From Escherichia coli (lineage in GTDB: Bacteria; Pseudomonadota; Gammaproteobacteria; Enterobacterales; Enterobacteriaceae), in the NCBI RefSeq assembly GCF_051903065.1, contig NZ_CP178439.1: 64,000 nt of DNA; one strand, given 5' to 3'. The notes beneath the pieces are model-generated. The model was given only the letters and a program-made list of their open reading frames with translations, was not told the DNA's origin and made no database searches. Every line of letters begins with the position of its first letter. Positions within the stretch are counted from its first letter, which is position 1. A program made the translations under genes and the position numbers. Positions 9,489 to 19,953 of this stretch are shown one piece after another.

Positions 9489-10808
9489 TTAAGCAGGTGT
9501 GTCAGTTGAAAGAGGTTTGCGTGATTCTGGAAAATGAGGCAGCACCATAGTTTCAGATGCTGTGGTCGCATCCCAGTGCCACCATCCATAAGGCCCATAT
9601 TCACGGTTGTAATAATCTTTTTTGAGTTGCTTTCGGGCCAGATAAGCAGGAGTGGCCATACCAAATACTTCCATCGGGAACGGCTTATCGCTTTTTGTGT
9701 CGAGCAGGTAGAAGTCAGGGAACACCTCACTAATACTCGCATCATAACGCATGGGCTTAACGTACTGCCGGTGCTCTGCATCCAGCTTTTCTGCAACAAC
9801 CGCCTCATAGGAGGAGTCCAGAGGTATCCAGTTCTCGCTAACGTGCATCAGCACAATTTGATGAGCTCTTACAGAAGGGCCTCTGCCGGTTACCGCAGCT
9901 GGTGACGTCAACGCAAAGACAACTATTTTCGCCCCGGATTTCCATGCTGCGTACTCCGATGAAAATCGTTTCTTTACGCTATCCCAATGGACTTCTGAAT
10001 TGAAAAAAATCAGCGGTAGCCCCCCAAAATTCCGCAGGGGTAAAAATTTAAGTGGCTTCTCATGCTTTTCAGCATCGTAGCGAGGTAAAACTGACAGGAG
10101 CATGAGACGTTTATCACTCATCGCCTGTGATGAAAGACGCTGAATTTGCGACTGAGCGACAGGTTGTTTCGGGTCAGGTACACCAATGAATAAATGGTCA
10201 CCTATGCAGGCTCTGCCGGTACGAATTTGTTTAGCGGTTTCAAGCAGACGATACCGTACCAGTGAATCGTTACGTTTCCCTGCCATTTTCGGGTACCAGA
10301 CATTCAGACCAGACTCTGTCCACAAAAGACTAAGCAAGCCCAGGAGGGTCATTGAGGCCTGACCTCCTTCTGGTCGCTGAACATGGGGCAGGGGAGGCAC
10401 TTCTGATTTTTCAGGAGGATCTTTCTCTGTCATACCGATACCGAGCCTTACAGCCATATCACCTTCGGTTGTAATCCGGACCACACCACTCGCATATCCT
10501 TTCAGGCCGGTATGCCGGGCATCAAGGGAGAAGAATACACAGGAAGGATCATGCTCAATGCCCGTGTTAGCGGCTTTGACGAGAATAAAGGCATCACCGT
10601 TCGGTAAAGCACGAACATAAAGTCGCTTTTCTCCTTTTCCACGACATCCGCAGGTGATGACTGATTTTTGACCTGAGGTGTGGTGTGCCTTTTTAAGAGC
10701 CGACTGCCACCCTTTAGCAAACTCATCCTGCGTTTGAAAGTCAGGTGAATACCTTTTGACGTTTGGATCGTCGTCGTAAGCAATCATCACTGCGAATTTT
10801 TGGCTCAT
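9489..10808 (-). CDS. Hypothetical protein (439 aa), conserved-plasmid-protein appearance
   Basis: Long ORF with AGGAGA RBS 6 nt upstream; co-oriented downstream of the Dcm-like gene. Confidence 0.6.
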   Translation of the reverse strand: MSQKFAVMIAYDDDPNVKRYSPDFQTQDEFAKGWQSALKKAHHTSGQKSVITCGCRGKGEKRLYVRALPNGDAFILVKAANTGIEHDPSCVFFSLDARHTGLKGYASGVVRITTEGDMAVRLGIGMTEKDPPEKSEVPPLPHVQRPEGGQASMTLLGLLSLLWTESGLNVWYPKMAGKRNDSLVRYRLLETAKQIRTGRACIGDHLFIGVPDPKQPVAQSQIQRLSSQAMSDKRLMLLSVLPRYDAEKHEKPLKFLPLRNFGGLPLIFFNSEVHWDSVKKRFSSEYAAWKSGAKIVVFALTSPAAVTGRGPSVRAHQIVLMHVSENWIPLDSSYEAVVAEKLDAEHRQYVKPMRYDASISEVFPDFYLLDTKSDKPFPMEVFGMATPAYLARKQLKKDYYNREYGPYGWWHWDATTASETMVLPHFPESRKPLSTDTPA

Positions 10809-10830
10809 AGTAGTCTCCTAAACAGGAAGT

Positions 10831-10998
10831 TTAATATCCCAACCAGAGCAACACTTCCTGAGCGTCATACTGTTCCTTTACGCCCATGTCGCTAAAGAAT
10901 TCTTCGAAATCTGTTTCGGGAACGCAATGCCTGGACAGTTCTTGTAATGCTCGTTCTTTAGATACCGTCTCACCTTCAGCTGATTCGAAATACGTCAT
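10831..10998 (-). CDS. Small acidic protein (55 aa, MTYFESAEGETVSKERALQELSRHCVPETDFEEFFSDMGVKEQYDAQEVLLWLGY)
   Basis: Hand-translated ORF below the 60-aa track cutoff, between the Dcm-like gene and the 439-aa gene; GAGG upstream. Confidence 0.35.
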   Translation of the reverse strand: MTYFESAEGETVSKERALQELSRHCVPETDFEEFFSDMGVKEQYDAQEVLLWLGY

Positions 10999-11058
10999 GG
11001 TTGACCTCTGACATTATTACAACAATCTTAAGCATTTAAATTGATGAAGGAGCTCAGG

Positions 11059-12528
11059 TCAGCTGACTTCGTCGTAAAACTGCCGCAAGCGCTGGGAGGC
11101 TGCAAATTCAATTCGTGACTTCAGCAGTTTGGCGACGGCCGCAAAGACATCAACGACCACGGAGTTCCCAAACTGTCTGTAAGCCTGTGTATTGGACACA
11201 GGGATACGGAAAACACTTTCCCCGGGTTTATCGAAGCCCATTAGCCTGCTGCATTCACGTGGCGTTAGCATGCGTGGCCGACGGTCCATGTTGTATGTGT
11301 TATGGAAATCAGTTTCTCCCAGTTCATGAGACCAGCCCCGATCAATAAGAATTTCAGATCCGTCTTTCATATAGCGGCTTGAGAGGGTTCTGGTGACACT
11401 ATTAACATTGGAAGGATCTACTAGTCCAAAACCAAAACCATTGCCTTTTGCCGCATGTTTCTTTGCATAGTTGTATAAGTACTCCCAGAGTTTAGGGGAG
11501 AGGATGTATTTACTATCTACGCTCGGATCCAGTAAATCTGAGAGAGAAGGGCGCTTGTCCGGATAAAAGTCTTTAATGTCTCTCAGAGTAAAACCGTCTT
11601 TCAGACGTAGGTCGCGGCGAAAACCAATAAGGACGATACGTTCACGGTGCTGGGGTCGGAAATGACGGCCATCGATGACTTTAGGATCATCCGCGCCCGT
11701 GCTTTCGCTGTTTGCGACGTCGTAGCCAAGCTCATCGAGCGTTTTCATGATGATGTTAAAGGTATTACCCTTATCGTGACTCTTCAGATTTTTTACGTTT
11801 TCCAGAACAAAAATTGCAGGTTGTTTTGCCCGGATGATCCTGGCCACATCAAAGAAGAGCGTACCCTGAGTGTCGCACTCGAAACCGTGTTTGCGACCCA
11901 TAGAGTTCTTTTTACTGACACCGGCGATGCTGAATGGCTGGCATGGAAATCCCGCAAGAAGAACATCATGATCCGGGATAGAGGCATCGATAAATTTGTA
12001 TGCCTCGTCATCAGTAACCTCGGGCCGGTTGCTAAGAGTGATGTCACGGATGTCTGAATTGAAGCGGTGCTCGTTCTCATCGCAATACCAGTTCGCCCGG
12101 TAAGTACGGCTGGAATAAGTATTCCATTCGCTCGTGAAAAGACATTTACCACCGATGGCATCAAATCCGCTTCGCAGTCCACCTATCCCTGCAAACAGAT
12201 CGATAAAGCTAAAGTGCCTGTCCTCATAATCAGCAGGTCGTGAAGGTATTAAAGTCTGTAGATAGCGTCCATCTGCGATACTCAGCTCACAATGCTCAGG
12301 TATGCATGTAACCTGACGTTTAAGGGATGCACGGGACCAATTACTGCCATTTTCATCATTTAATACCTGAGCCAGATATTTCAGGTCATAAATGGTCGAA
12401 GCTGTTAACAAAGTTTTGTGGATCAGAGATGGTGTTTTATCCACATCATTCAGGTCTGTCTCAAGATCATGAGTGTAACGTTTCATCCAAACTCTCTCAG
12501 GAATAATATCTTTGAGATAGATTAACAC
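11059..12528 (-). CDS. dcm: DNA cytosine-5 methyltransferase, Dcm-like
   Basis: Motif [16 protein letters not shown], motif [13 protein letters not shown] motif, QFGNSV; near-collinear with E. coli Dcm / M.EcoRII as recalled; no vsr downstream. Confidence 0.85.
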   Translation of the reverse strand: MLIYLKDIIPERVWMKRYTHDLETDLNDVDKTPSLIHKTLLTASTIYDLKYLAQVLNDENGSNWSRASLKRQVTCIPEHCELSIADGRYLQTLIPSRPADYEDRHFSFIDLFAGIGGLRSGFDAIGGKCLFTSEWNTYSSRTYRANWYCDENEHRFNSDIRDITLSNRPEVTDDEAYKFIDASIPDHDVLLAGFPCQPFSIAGVSKKNSMGRKHGFECDTQGTLFFDVARIIRAKQPAIFVLENVKNLKSHDKGNTFNIIMKTLDELGYDVANSESTGADDPKVIDGRHFRPQHRERIVLIGFRRDLRLKDGFTLRDIKDFYPDKRPSLSDLLDPSVDSKYILSPKLWEYLYNYAKKHAAKGNGFGFGLVDPSNVNSVTRTLSSRYMKDGSEILIDRGWSHELGETDFHNTYNMDRRPRMLTPRECSRLMGFDKPGESVFRIPVSNTQAYRQFGNSVVVDVFAAVAKLLKSRIEFAASQRLRQFYDEVS

Positions 12529-12697
12529 GCTTAATTTGGATTATTTTTTGGTTCAGGTTCTAAATTTATTGTGATTATTCTGCCTTTAAGTTGCAAAAAG
12601 ATTGGTTTTAAGCCCGCCCATGAAATAATGACTTGTTAAAATACTGCCTGTAAATAGGCTTGTGGATACATGTCTGTACTCAACAAATCAAGGTGAA

Positions 12698-13216
12698 ATG
12701 ATGTTTTTTTTAACAAAGTTACTTTTGCCCATCATGATTGTTGTATTCCCAGTGGCGTCCTGGGGGAACTCAACAACTTTTGAGGCAAAGGTGGTTAAGA
12801 TTGTTGACGGTGACACCATAACTGCGTTGGATGCTCAAAACACAACCATCAAAATACGGATGTATGGTATAGACGCTCCTGAATCTAAACAGGCTTTTGG
12901 CCAAAAAGCAAAACAGGCCTTAACCACAGCTATAGCAACTAAAATCGTTACCGTGATAGACCATGGTACGGATATCTATGGCCGTATGTTAGGTACCATC
13001 TGGTTAGATGGATATGATATCAATGCCTCTATGGTGGACAGTGGATATGCGTGGGTTTATCGGTTCGAAGATAACGCCATTGTCCCTGGCTATATCAAAT
13101 ATGAATCCGCAGCACAAAAGGAGGCAAAAGGGTTATGGGCAGACACCAACCCTGTCCCACCATGGCAGTGGAGACAGGCAAACGAAAAGCCCAGAAAGGT
13201 GAAAGAGAAGAAATAA
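12698..13216 (+). CDS. nuc: Secreted thermonuclease (SNase/Nuc family)
   Basis: N-terminal signal-like hydrophobic segment, GIDAPE motif typical of staphylococcal-nuclease fold. Confidence 0.7.
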   Translation: MMFFLTKLLLPIMIVVFPVASWGNSTTFEAKVVKIVDGDTITALDAQNTTIKIRMYGIDAPESKQAFGQKAKQALTTAIATKIVTVIDHGTDIYGRMLGTIWLDGYDINASMVDSGYAWVYRFEDNAIVPGYIKYESAAQKEAKGLWADTNPVPPWQWRQANEKPRKVKEKK

Positions 13217-13218
13217 CC

Positions 13219-14115
13219 ATGATGAAAGAGCCTCATCCGTTACTTCAGTTGGTACTAAACGATTCCGGTCGTCTAACCATGCCTGTTTATTATAGAGATC
13301 AACAGTATTGCCCGACTTGCCTTACAAAGGTGTTGAAGAGTGAGGATGGAAGTTTGGCGCACCTCGGGGAAATAAATCAAAATACATGTAGACCTTCTAT
13401 TTCAGTAGTTGTGACAAAAGCAATTATTGAAATGTTATGTGACGGGGAAAAAATATATGTAAATCCAATACGACACCGAGGCCGGGTGCTGGCACCCTCA
13501 GTAATTTTTTCTCCCGACACTCACACTTTCAAACCGTTTATAAATACAGACTATCAGCCTGTGGGAGCAAACTGGAAAAGTGAAAAGGGATATAAACTCG
13601 GTCTGTTTTATCTCAAAGATCGAGCCAACTCTATCAATAAAGAGGAATTTGATTTCATTGCCGTTATAGACCCTGAGGCAATGCAGAAAGAATTTATTTC
13701 GGCCTGGTCTGAGGTTGATGAAAAAAATCCATTGGAAACGCTGAAGCAGATCTTACGATCTAAAAACAACTCTTCTTTATGGGTAAAATGGCCTGGCAAA
13801 ATTGAGCATGCGCAAAAAGGAAATTACAACGAAAATTACTGGTTCGATTATCAATCTGATAATCAGGAAGTGAACTGTACGGTCTCTGTTGTAGGTATCG
13901 AAGGTAACAGTTCCGGTGAGACAATTTATAGATTGCAAACTTTGCTAAAGCGTAAGCTCAATGAATATCAACTGGTTCGGTCTTTAGGGACTATTATGCT
14001 TCTTGATAATACCGGGAATATGATTCCATCAAACCATCCTTATTTTGAAGTCATCTCAAAAGCATGTATAAATGGAGTGCGTGACTTTGTTCGTCAAAAC
14101 CCGTGGGTAGTCTGA
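13219..14115 (+). CDS. Hypothetical protein (298 aa)
   Basis: ATG 2 nt after nuc stop; ORF 13135..14115 frame. Confidence 0.5.
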   Translation: MMKEPHPLLQLVLNDSGRLTMPVYYRDQQYCPTCLTKVLKSEDGSLAHLGEINQNTCRPSISVVVTKAIIEMLCDGEKIYVNPIRHRGRVLAPSVIFSPDTHTFKPFINTDYQPVGANWKSEKGYKLGLFYLKDRANSINKEEFDFIAVIDPEAMQKEFISAWSEVDEKNPLETLKQILRSKNNSSLWVKWPGKIEHAQKGNYNENYWFDYQSDNQEVNCTVSVVGIEGNSSGETIYRLQTLLKRKLNEYQLVRSLGTIMLLDNTGNMIPSNHPYFEVISKACINGVRDFVRQNPWVV

Positions 14116-14162
14116 CGGTCAACTATAAAGCATAATATAATTAGTAATAACAAGGAACAGAC

Positions 14163-14570
14163 ATGAATGAAAACTCAGTAATCTTAATAAGTTTATTTTG
14201 GTTTTTTTTGGGATCGAGTGTTGTAGCTGGTTTTATGGATGCATCATTATATTGCTGGATTTTTGCAGCCATAAGCGCATTGTTTCTTCTTTCGGTGATA
14301 CAAACACCAAAGGAGTTAACGGTATCTATTAGTCATATGACAAGCAAAACGCTGATCTCAAAGACAGATGATGGATACACATTTAGCATTTCACCTTACG
14401 GAGACGGGTACCGCTTATCAGTCTCGCCTGAAAATCGTCACAATGGTACCCAAAGCTTTGACGGCTGGTTCCCACGTTTTTTTTCCGAACCACAGTATGC
14501 CAAATCATCTTTAACTAAATTTCTCGGTGAGTCCTTAGTATGGGAAGAAGATTCAAGTAATGCTCTATGA
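14163..14570 (+). CDS. Hypothetical membrane protein (135 aa)
   Basis: ORF with two N-terminal hydrophobic segments. Confidence 0.45.
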   Translation: MNENSVILISLFWFFLGSSVVAGFMDASLYCWIFAAISALFLLSVIQTPKELTVSISHMTSKTLISKTDDGYTFSISPYGDGYRLSVSPENRHNGTQSFDGWFPRFFSEPQYAKSSLTKFLGESLVWEEDSSNAL

Positions 14571-14615
14571 GATTACTTATTATAAATTTTTCTATTAATC
14601 TCCATGGAGTGATAT

Positions 14616-14870
14616 ATGAATTTGGCCTATTTTTTATTTTTGTCTATAACTGTTATGCTTACGAGCTTTATTATTAAATCACTTGTCGTATTGGTAAAGT
14701 TCAAATTACTTCGTGATGAACGTCTCGAATATACCAGCAATAAAAATATTGATGAGATGTACGATTTAATGAATGCGAAGGAAGAAATCCTCATAAGGCA
14801 TCATAAGCAGATGTTGGCATTGCATCTTTCACTATTAATATTCGTTCTATTTATTGCTTACATTTACTAA
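14616..14870 (+). CDS. Small membrane protein (84 aa)
   Basis: ORF with N- and C-terminal hydrophobic helices. Confidence 0.4.
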   Translation: MNLAYFLFLSITVMLTSFIIKSLVVLVKFKLLRDERLEYTSNKNIDEMYDLMNAKEEILIRHHKQMLALHLSLLIFVLFIAYIY

Positions 14871-14907
14871 AAATAATTTTATTCAACATTTCAACAAAGG
14901 GTTTTCA

Positions 14908-15195
14908 ATGGAAAGCTTCGAAACTGAACAAATGATTCAATATGCTTTCTACATAAATATCGTAATAACGACTGGTTTGGCATGGTTTTGCTTGCGGTCA
15001 GGATTGCATTACAATTTTTTCAGAAAAGCAGAGAGTGCCAGAACAAAAGGGCTGAGTAGTACCTCTACTGAACACGGTCCAGCAATAGTGAGACTAAAGA
15101 AGCTACAAGCATTAGTAGATTTTATTAGTAACTGTGCTTTTCTAATCCTTTCAATTGGCACAGCTTATATTTTGTATGTTTGGAGCCACAGTTAA
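14908..15195 (+). CDS. Small membrane protein (95 aa)
   Basis: ORF 14854..15195, internal ATG at 14908 with purine-rich upstream. Confidence 0.4.
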   Translation: MESFETEQMIQYAFYINIVITTGLAWFCLRSGLHYNFFRKAESARTKGLSSTSTEHGPAIVRLKKLQALVDFISNCAFLILSIGTAYILYVWSHS

Positions 15196-15231
15196 CTCAT
15201 ACGAGGTAACTTCGGCAGGTAACAACTTCTA

Positions 15232-15462
15232 ATGCAGGACTTTAATAACTCTAAGGGATTCTACATGAAAAAAGACGATCTAATTACGCGTTGTAAATTA
15301 CTTAAAGGCGAACGCGATGAGTCTATCTTTACCATATTAATTGGGATAGTAGTAAAGCTGGGGCTGGTAGGCCTGGCATTCTATCTGTTGCTTGGTTCCA
15401 CGATTGATTGGTCAAGCTGGAAAACTTATGCCGCCATGTTGATCTTGGGAGCATTTCTCTAA
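15232..15462 (+). CDS. Small membrane protein (76 aa)
   Basis: ORF with C-terminal hydrophobic helix. Confidence 0.4.
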   Translation: MQDFNNSKGFYMKKDDLITRCKLLKGERDESIFTILIGIVVKLGLVGLAFYLLLGSTIDWSSWKTYAAMLILGAFL

Positions 15463-15574
15463 AATCTTGAACCTTTTTTCACTCATTACAAGCCATGACC
15501 TAGTGCGTAGATCATACGATCTTTAAACCTTATGTCATTGATTTATAAGTACATATAACAAAGATTATGTTAAA

Positions 15575-15594
15575 TACTGTATGTATGTACAGCA
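15575..15594. promoter_or_regulatory. LexA (SOS) box-like site TACTGTATGTATGTACAGCA
   Basis: CTGT-N8-ACAG consensus read directly, about 200 bp upstream of gene 15799. Confidence 0.5.
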
Positions 15595-15798
15595 TCAACA
15601 GTTGCCCCCCTCATATTGAGGTAATTGCTACATTCATACCACTATTCTTCTTATAGTATCGACATCCTGAATTATTGCACCCTACTGCTTTGTCTTTAGC
15701 TGTTCCGAATTAAAATTCATTGCTCAATTTGGATCACATGACGATCAGCGTATTCCTTTGCTTTATCAAAGTTAAGTTTTTAAAACATAAGATATGTA

Positions 15799-16260
15799 AT
15801 GACAAATTCTCAATCTGATTTTCCTTTGAACGATCAAAATTTTCAGGCAGATTTGCTGAAAATCAAAAAGGTTTTCGCCGACCTTATAACGCAGGCATCA
15901 GATGGTAAGATACCCATAAGGTCTTCTCATGTACACGGCTTACACCATTTCGAGGAGCTCTACATCCGGGCAAGAGCAGGCATGTGTTCGGTCCTGGGAT
16001 ATCCGGTCATGGTTGTTTCAACTATCTCAGTTAAAGAGCCCGGCACAGGCATTTTTAGAGCGCTTCTTGCAGAATTGAAATGTATTGCAGATGAACAAAA
16101 TTACATTTTGAAAATTGAAAATGTACTGCCTCCCCTATTCCGCAAATACCTTATTCAAGAAGGTTTTGTTTTCCCAGGTGAACCTTGGATGTGTGGTTCC
16201 GGCTATTGGTTTAAGAACCCACAAGTACTTCATGAAAATATTGAGTTATTATCTGTTTAA
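15799..16260 (+). CDS. Hypothetical protein (153 aa)
   Basis: ORF downstream of the LexA-like box. Confidence 0.5.
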   Translation: MTNSQSDFPLNDQNFQADLLKIKKVFADLITQASDGKIPIRSSHVHGLHHFEELYIRARAGMCSVLGYPVMVVSTISVKEPGTGIFRALLAELKCIADEQNYILKIENVLPPLFRKYLIQEGFVFPGEPWMCGSGYWFKNPQVLHENIELLSV

Positions 16261-16289
16261 GTCGATCTAACAATTTCACTGGAGCTAAC

Positions 16290-16697
16290 ATGTCCCCGGA
16301 ATTGGTATCAGACATTGCAAGAGTGGCGCATGAAAAGCTACTTTCAATTTTAACGGAGTGCGGCATAGAGAAGACGGCAGGCACTTGCCTTTTTGCAAGC
16401 TATCTTGTGTGTTATTTAGCAAAAACTAAAGGTCTAGATGCTGTTGTCCGTGGGGGTAACGGTGCAGATGATGGCGGTATATTTATAGAGTGTGGTGGCT
16501 TTGGCCATTATTGGTGTGAGTTGAATTTCGAAGAAGTGCAATATTATATTGACATCACTTCCGAACAGTTTGGGTTTCATCCATACATAGTGAAACTCGC
16601 CAACGATATAACAGGATGGCCTCGATATATTCCTGGTGATCAGGAAACGGTCGATAGTCATTTAGAACAATTATTACGCGACGGCTATACAGAATAG
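16290..16697 (+). CDS. Hypothetical protein (135 aa)
   Basis: ORF 29 nt after the previous gene, probably co-transcribed. Confidence 0.5.
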   Translation: MSPELVSDIARVAHEKLLSILTECGIEKTAGTCLFASYLVCYLAKTKGLDAVVRGGNGADDGGIFIECGGFGHYWCELNFEEVQYYIDITSEQFGFHPYIVKLANDITGWPRYIPGDQETVDSHLEQLLRDGYTE

Positions 16698-16747
16698 GCT
16701 GCGTATACCCTATCGCAGCCTTTCAGGCTCTTAACCCTTGTGACCTG

Positions 16748-17275
16748 TTAACGGAACCACTCAGGATGACGCTGCCGATCAACTTTGATAACCTGCGAAT
16801 TAAATTCAACGACATCCGCTGGAGTAAGCATTAATTCATCAGGATTTACAATAAATGGTCTTAAAACCACTTCGCCACCGTCTTCTTTTGCACCGTAGAT
16901 ATTAATAAGAAAGTGCAGTCGTTGATTTCCTTCAGCATTGCGTTGCCATTCTCTAAAAGTCAAAGTTTGTTTAATATAGTTTGTTAAAAGAAATGCGAAT
17001 TCAGATTCTTCCGTTTGTGAGATACCGATTTTGTTAGACATTTTTTTTAGTATCTTTCCGAGCATGGACACACAGGCATCTAGACTTAACGATGTTGAAA
17101 TTTTGGTCGTATTAAAATCCTCCTGCGAAAGTGAAATCATCCATGTATTATCTTTATGATAGTCGGTAATATAAATAAAATGAGATGTAAAAGGCGTTGA
17201 GTGATTGAACTCTCCTAAGTTCCATCCATACTGACTCACTGTATTTGAGCTAAGTTCTTTGTCGGTAATGTTCAT
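16748..17275 (-). CDS. Hypothetical protein (175 aa)
   Basis: ORF, AT-rich. Confidence 0.5.
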   Translation of the reverse strand: MNITDKELSSNTVSQYGWNLGEFNHSTPFTSHFIYITDYHKDNTWMISLSQEDFNTTKISTSLSLDACVSMLGKILKKMSNKIGISQTEESEFAFLLTNYIKQTLTFREWQRNAEGNQRLHFLINIYGAKEDGGEVVLRPFIVNPDELMLTPADVVEFNSQVIKVDRQRHPEWFR

Positions 17276-17441
17276 AATTCATACCTTTCGATAAAGTCTG
17301 TAATGATAATTAGCTATCTCAAAGGACCAGAACAACTCTTGAAATAACCACACTCGAAGAATTTATCATATTGAACACCCCTACCTAATAACCTTGCCGA
17401 CTTAATAAATCACAATAGCCCTCCCCTGACATTTTAAAATG

Positions 17442-17828
17442 CTACTTGAATTTTTGATAGCTTATGGTTGTTTTATGTTCTTTGTGATACGCATATGTCA
17501 TCTTCTCTTTCCAGTACCAATCTTGTAGATCCTGCAAGTCTAGCCCATTTTTCTCACGTATGCTTTCGTGTAATTCGCTAAGCGCGAGTTTATCATTAGG
17601 TTTATAAATGGCTAATTTTTCTTCAAATAAATCCAGCCAACGTTTCCCCATCTTACGACGCAAAACAAACACCATCGTGATAAATGTAATGAAATGCACA
17701 GCAATTAGTTCCAACTTATGCGATTGCTGACCAGATAAAATTACTATTGTAACAACAGGGATGGCCGTATATAAAGCAATCAAAGCGACCATAAGTTGGT
17801 ATGGTTTTTCCCGTATTACCATGTTCAT
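17442..17828 (-). CDS. Hypothetical membrane protein (128 aa)
   Basis: ORF with two predicted TM helices. Confidence 0.45.
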   Translation of the reverse strand: MNMVIREKPYQLMVALIALYTAIPVVTIVILSGQQSHKLELIAVHFITFITMVFVLRRKMGKRWLDLFEEKLAIYKPNDKLALSELHESIREKNGLDLQDLQDWYWKEKMTYAYHKEHKTTISYQKFK

Positions 17829-17878
17829 GGGTAAACCAGAGGACGCTACTGCTTGCCAAAATCTTAAAGGGGAGCCCG

Positions 17879-18779
17879 CAGAATTCGGAAAAAATCGTAC
17901 GCTAAGGTTTTCCGGGCATCCGTAAGGGCCGAAACTTCCCGTCTTCCAGTCTGCGGCTCTGCCGCCAGACGTAATCGCCGGTTAGGTTGATGTGCTCCCA
18001 GCCCAGCGGCGACAGGAATTGCAGCAGCTCGCCGTCCACCGGCTTGCCGGCCTCGACCAACCCCTGGGTGGCGCGTTCCAGGTACACCGTGTTCCACAGC
18101 ACGATAGCCGCCGTCACCAGGTTGAGGCCGCTGGCCCGGTAGCGCTGCTGCTCGAAGCTCCGATCCCTGATTTCCCCAAGGCGGTTGAAGAACACCGCCC
18201 TGGCCAGCGAGTTGCGCGCCTCACCTTTGTTCAGGCCGGCATGCACGCGGCGGCGCAGTTCAACACTTTGCAGCCAGTCCAGGATGAACAGCGTGCGCTC
18301 GATCCGGCCCAGCTCGCGCAGGGCCACGGCCAGTCCGTTCTGGCGCGGGTAGCTGCCGAGCTTGCGCAGCATCAGCGAGGCGGTGACGGTGCCCTGCTTG
18401 ATCGAGCTGGCCAGGCGCAGGATGTCGTCCCAGTGGGCACGCACGTGCTTGATGTTCAGGGTGCCGCCGATCAGCGGGCGCAACGTCGGGTAGGCTTGCA
18501 CGCCCTGCGGCACGTACAGCTTGGTTTCGCCGAGGTCGCGGATGCGCGGCGCGAAGCGGAAGCCTAGCAGGTGCATCAGGGCAAAGACGTGATCGGTGAA
18601 GCCGGCCGTGTCGGTGTAGTGCTCCTCGATCCGCAGGTCGGACTCGTGGTACAGCAGGCCGTCGAGCACATAGGTGGAATCGCGGACGCCGACATTCACC
18701 ACGCGGGTGCTGAACGGCGCGTACTGGTCGGAGATATGGGTATAGAACAGCCGTCCCGGCTCGCTACCGTACTTCGGGT
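17879..18779 (-). mobile_element. tnpA: Tn1721/Tn501-type transposon end: 38-bp IR (17879..17916) plus 3' part of tnpA (pseudogene), truncated by IS26
   Basis: IR GGGGAGCCCGCAGAATTCGGAAAAAATCGTACGCTAAG; Tn3-family TnpA C-terminus ([12 protein letters not shown]...[32 protein letters not shown]) ends at the IS26 junction. Confidence 0.85.
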
Positions 18780-19599
18780 GGCACTGTTGCAAATAGTCGG
18801 TGGTGATAAACTTATCATCCCCTTTTGCTGATGGAGCTGCACATGAACCCATTCAAAGGCCGGCATTTTCAGCGTGACATCATTCTGTGGGCCGTACGCT
18901 GGTACTGCAAATACGGCATCAGTTACCGTGAGCTGCAGGAGATGCTGGCTGAACGCGGAGTGAATGTCGATCACTCCACGATTTACCGCTGGGTTCAGCG
19001 TTATGCGCCTGAAATGGAAAAACGGCTGCGCTGGTACTGGCGTAACCCTTCCGATCTTTGCCCGTGGCACATGGATGAAACCTACGTGAAGGTCAATGGC
19101 CGCTGGGCGTATCTGTACCGGGCCGTCGACAGCCGGGGCCGCACTGTCGATTTTTATCTCTCCTCCCGTCGTAACAGCAAAGCTGCATACCGGTTTCTGG
19201 GTAAAATCCTCAACAACGTGAAGAAGTGGCAGATCCCGCGATTCATCAACACGGATAAAGCGCCCGCCTATGGTCGCGCGCTTGCTCTGCTCAAACGCGA
19301 AGGCCGGTGCCCGTCTGACGTTGAACACCGACAGATTAAGTACCGGAACAACGTGATTGAATGCGATCATGGCAAACTGAAACGGATAATCAACGCCACG
19401 CTGGGATTTAAATCCATGAAGACGGCTTACGCCACCATCAAAGGTATTGAGGTGATGCGTGCACTACGCAAAGGCCAGGCCTCAGCATTTTATTATGGTG
19501 ATCCCCTGGGCGAAATGCGCCTGGTAAGCAGAGTTTTTGAAATGTAAGGCCTTTGAATAAGACAAAAGGCTGCCTCATCGCTAACTTTGCAACAGTGCC
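18780..19599 (+). mobile_element. tnpA: IS26 copy 2, transposase CDS 18843..19547, Asn at residue 184 (KRIINATLG)
   Basis: Both 14-bp IRs present; GGC to AAC codon change relative to copy 1; flanks do not match. Confidence 0.95.
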
Positions 19600-19953
19600 G
19601 ACAAGAGTACGCCGCAGCTCGATCTTTTGGCTCGTGTCGAACGAGAGCTACCGGTGCGGCTCGACCAAGAGCGCACCGATATGGTTGTTTGCCATGGTGA
19701 TCCCTGCATGCCGAACTTCATGGTGGACCCTAAAACTCTTCAATGCACGGGTCTGATCGACCTTGGGCGGCTCGGAACAGCAGATCGCTATGCCGATTTG
19801 GCACTCATGATTGCTAACGCCGAAGAGAACTGGGCAGCGCCAGATGAAGCAGAGCGCGCCTTCGCTGTCCTATTCAATGTATTGGGGATCGAAGCCCCCG
19901 ACCGCGAACGCCTTGCCTTCTATCTGCGATTGGACCCTCTGACTTGGGGTTGA
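19600..19953 (+). pseudogene. strA: aph(3'')-Ib (strA) 3' fragment, 5'-truncated by IS26
   Basis: C-terminal 117 codons of StrA in frame from the IS26 boundary. Confidence 0.85.
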
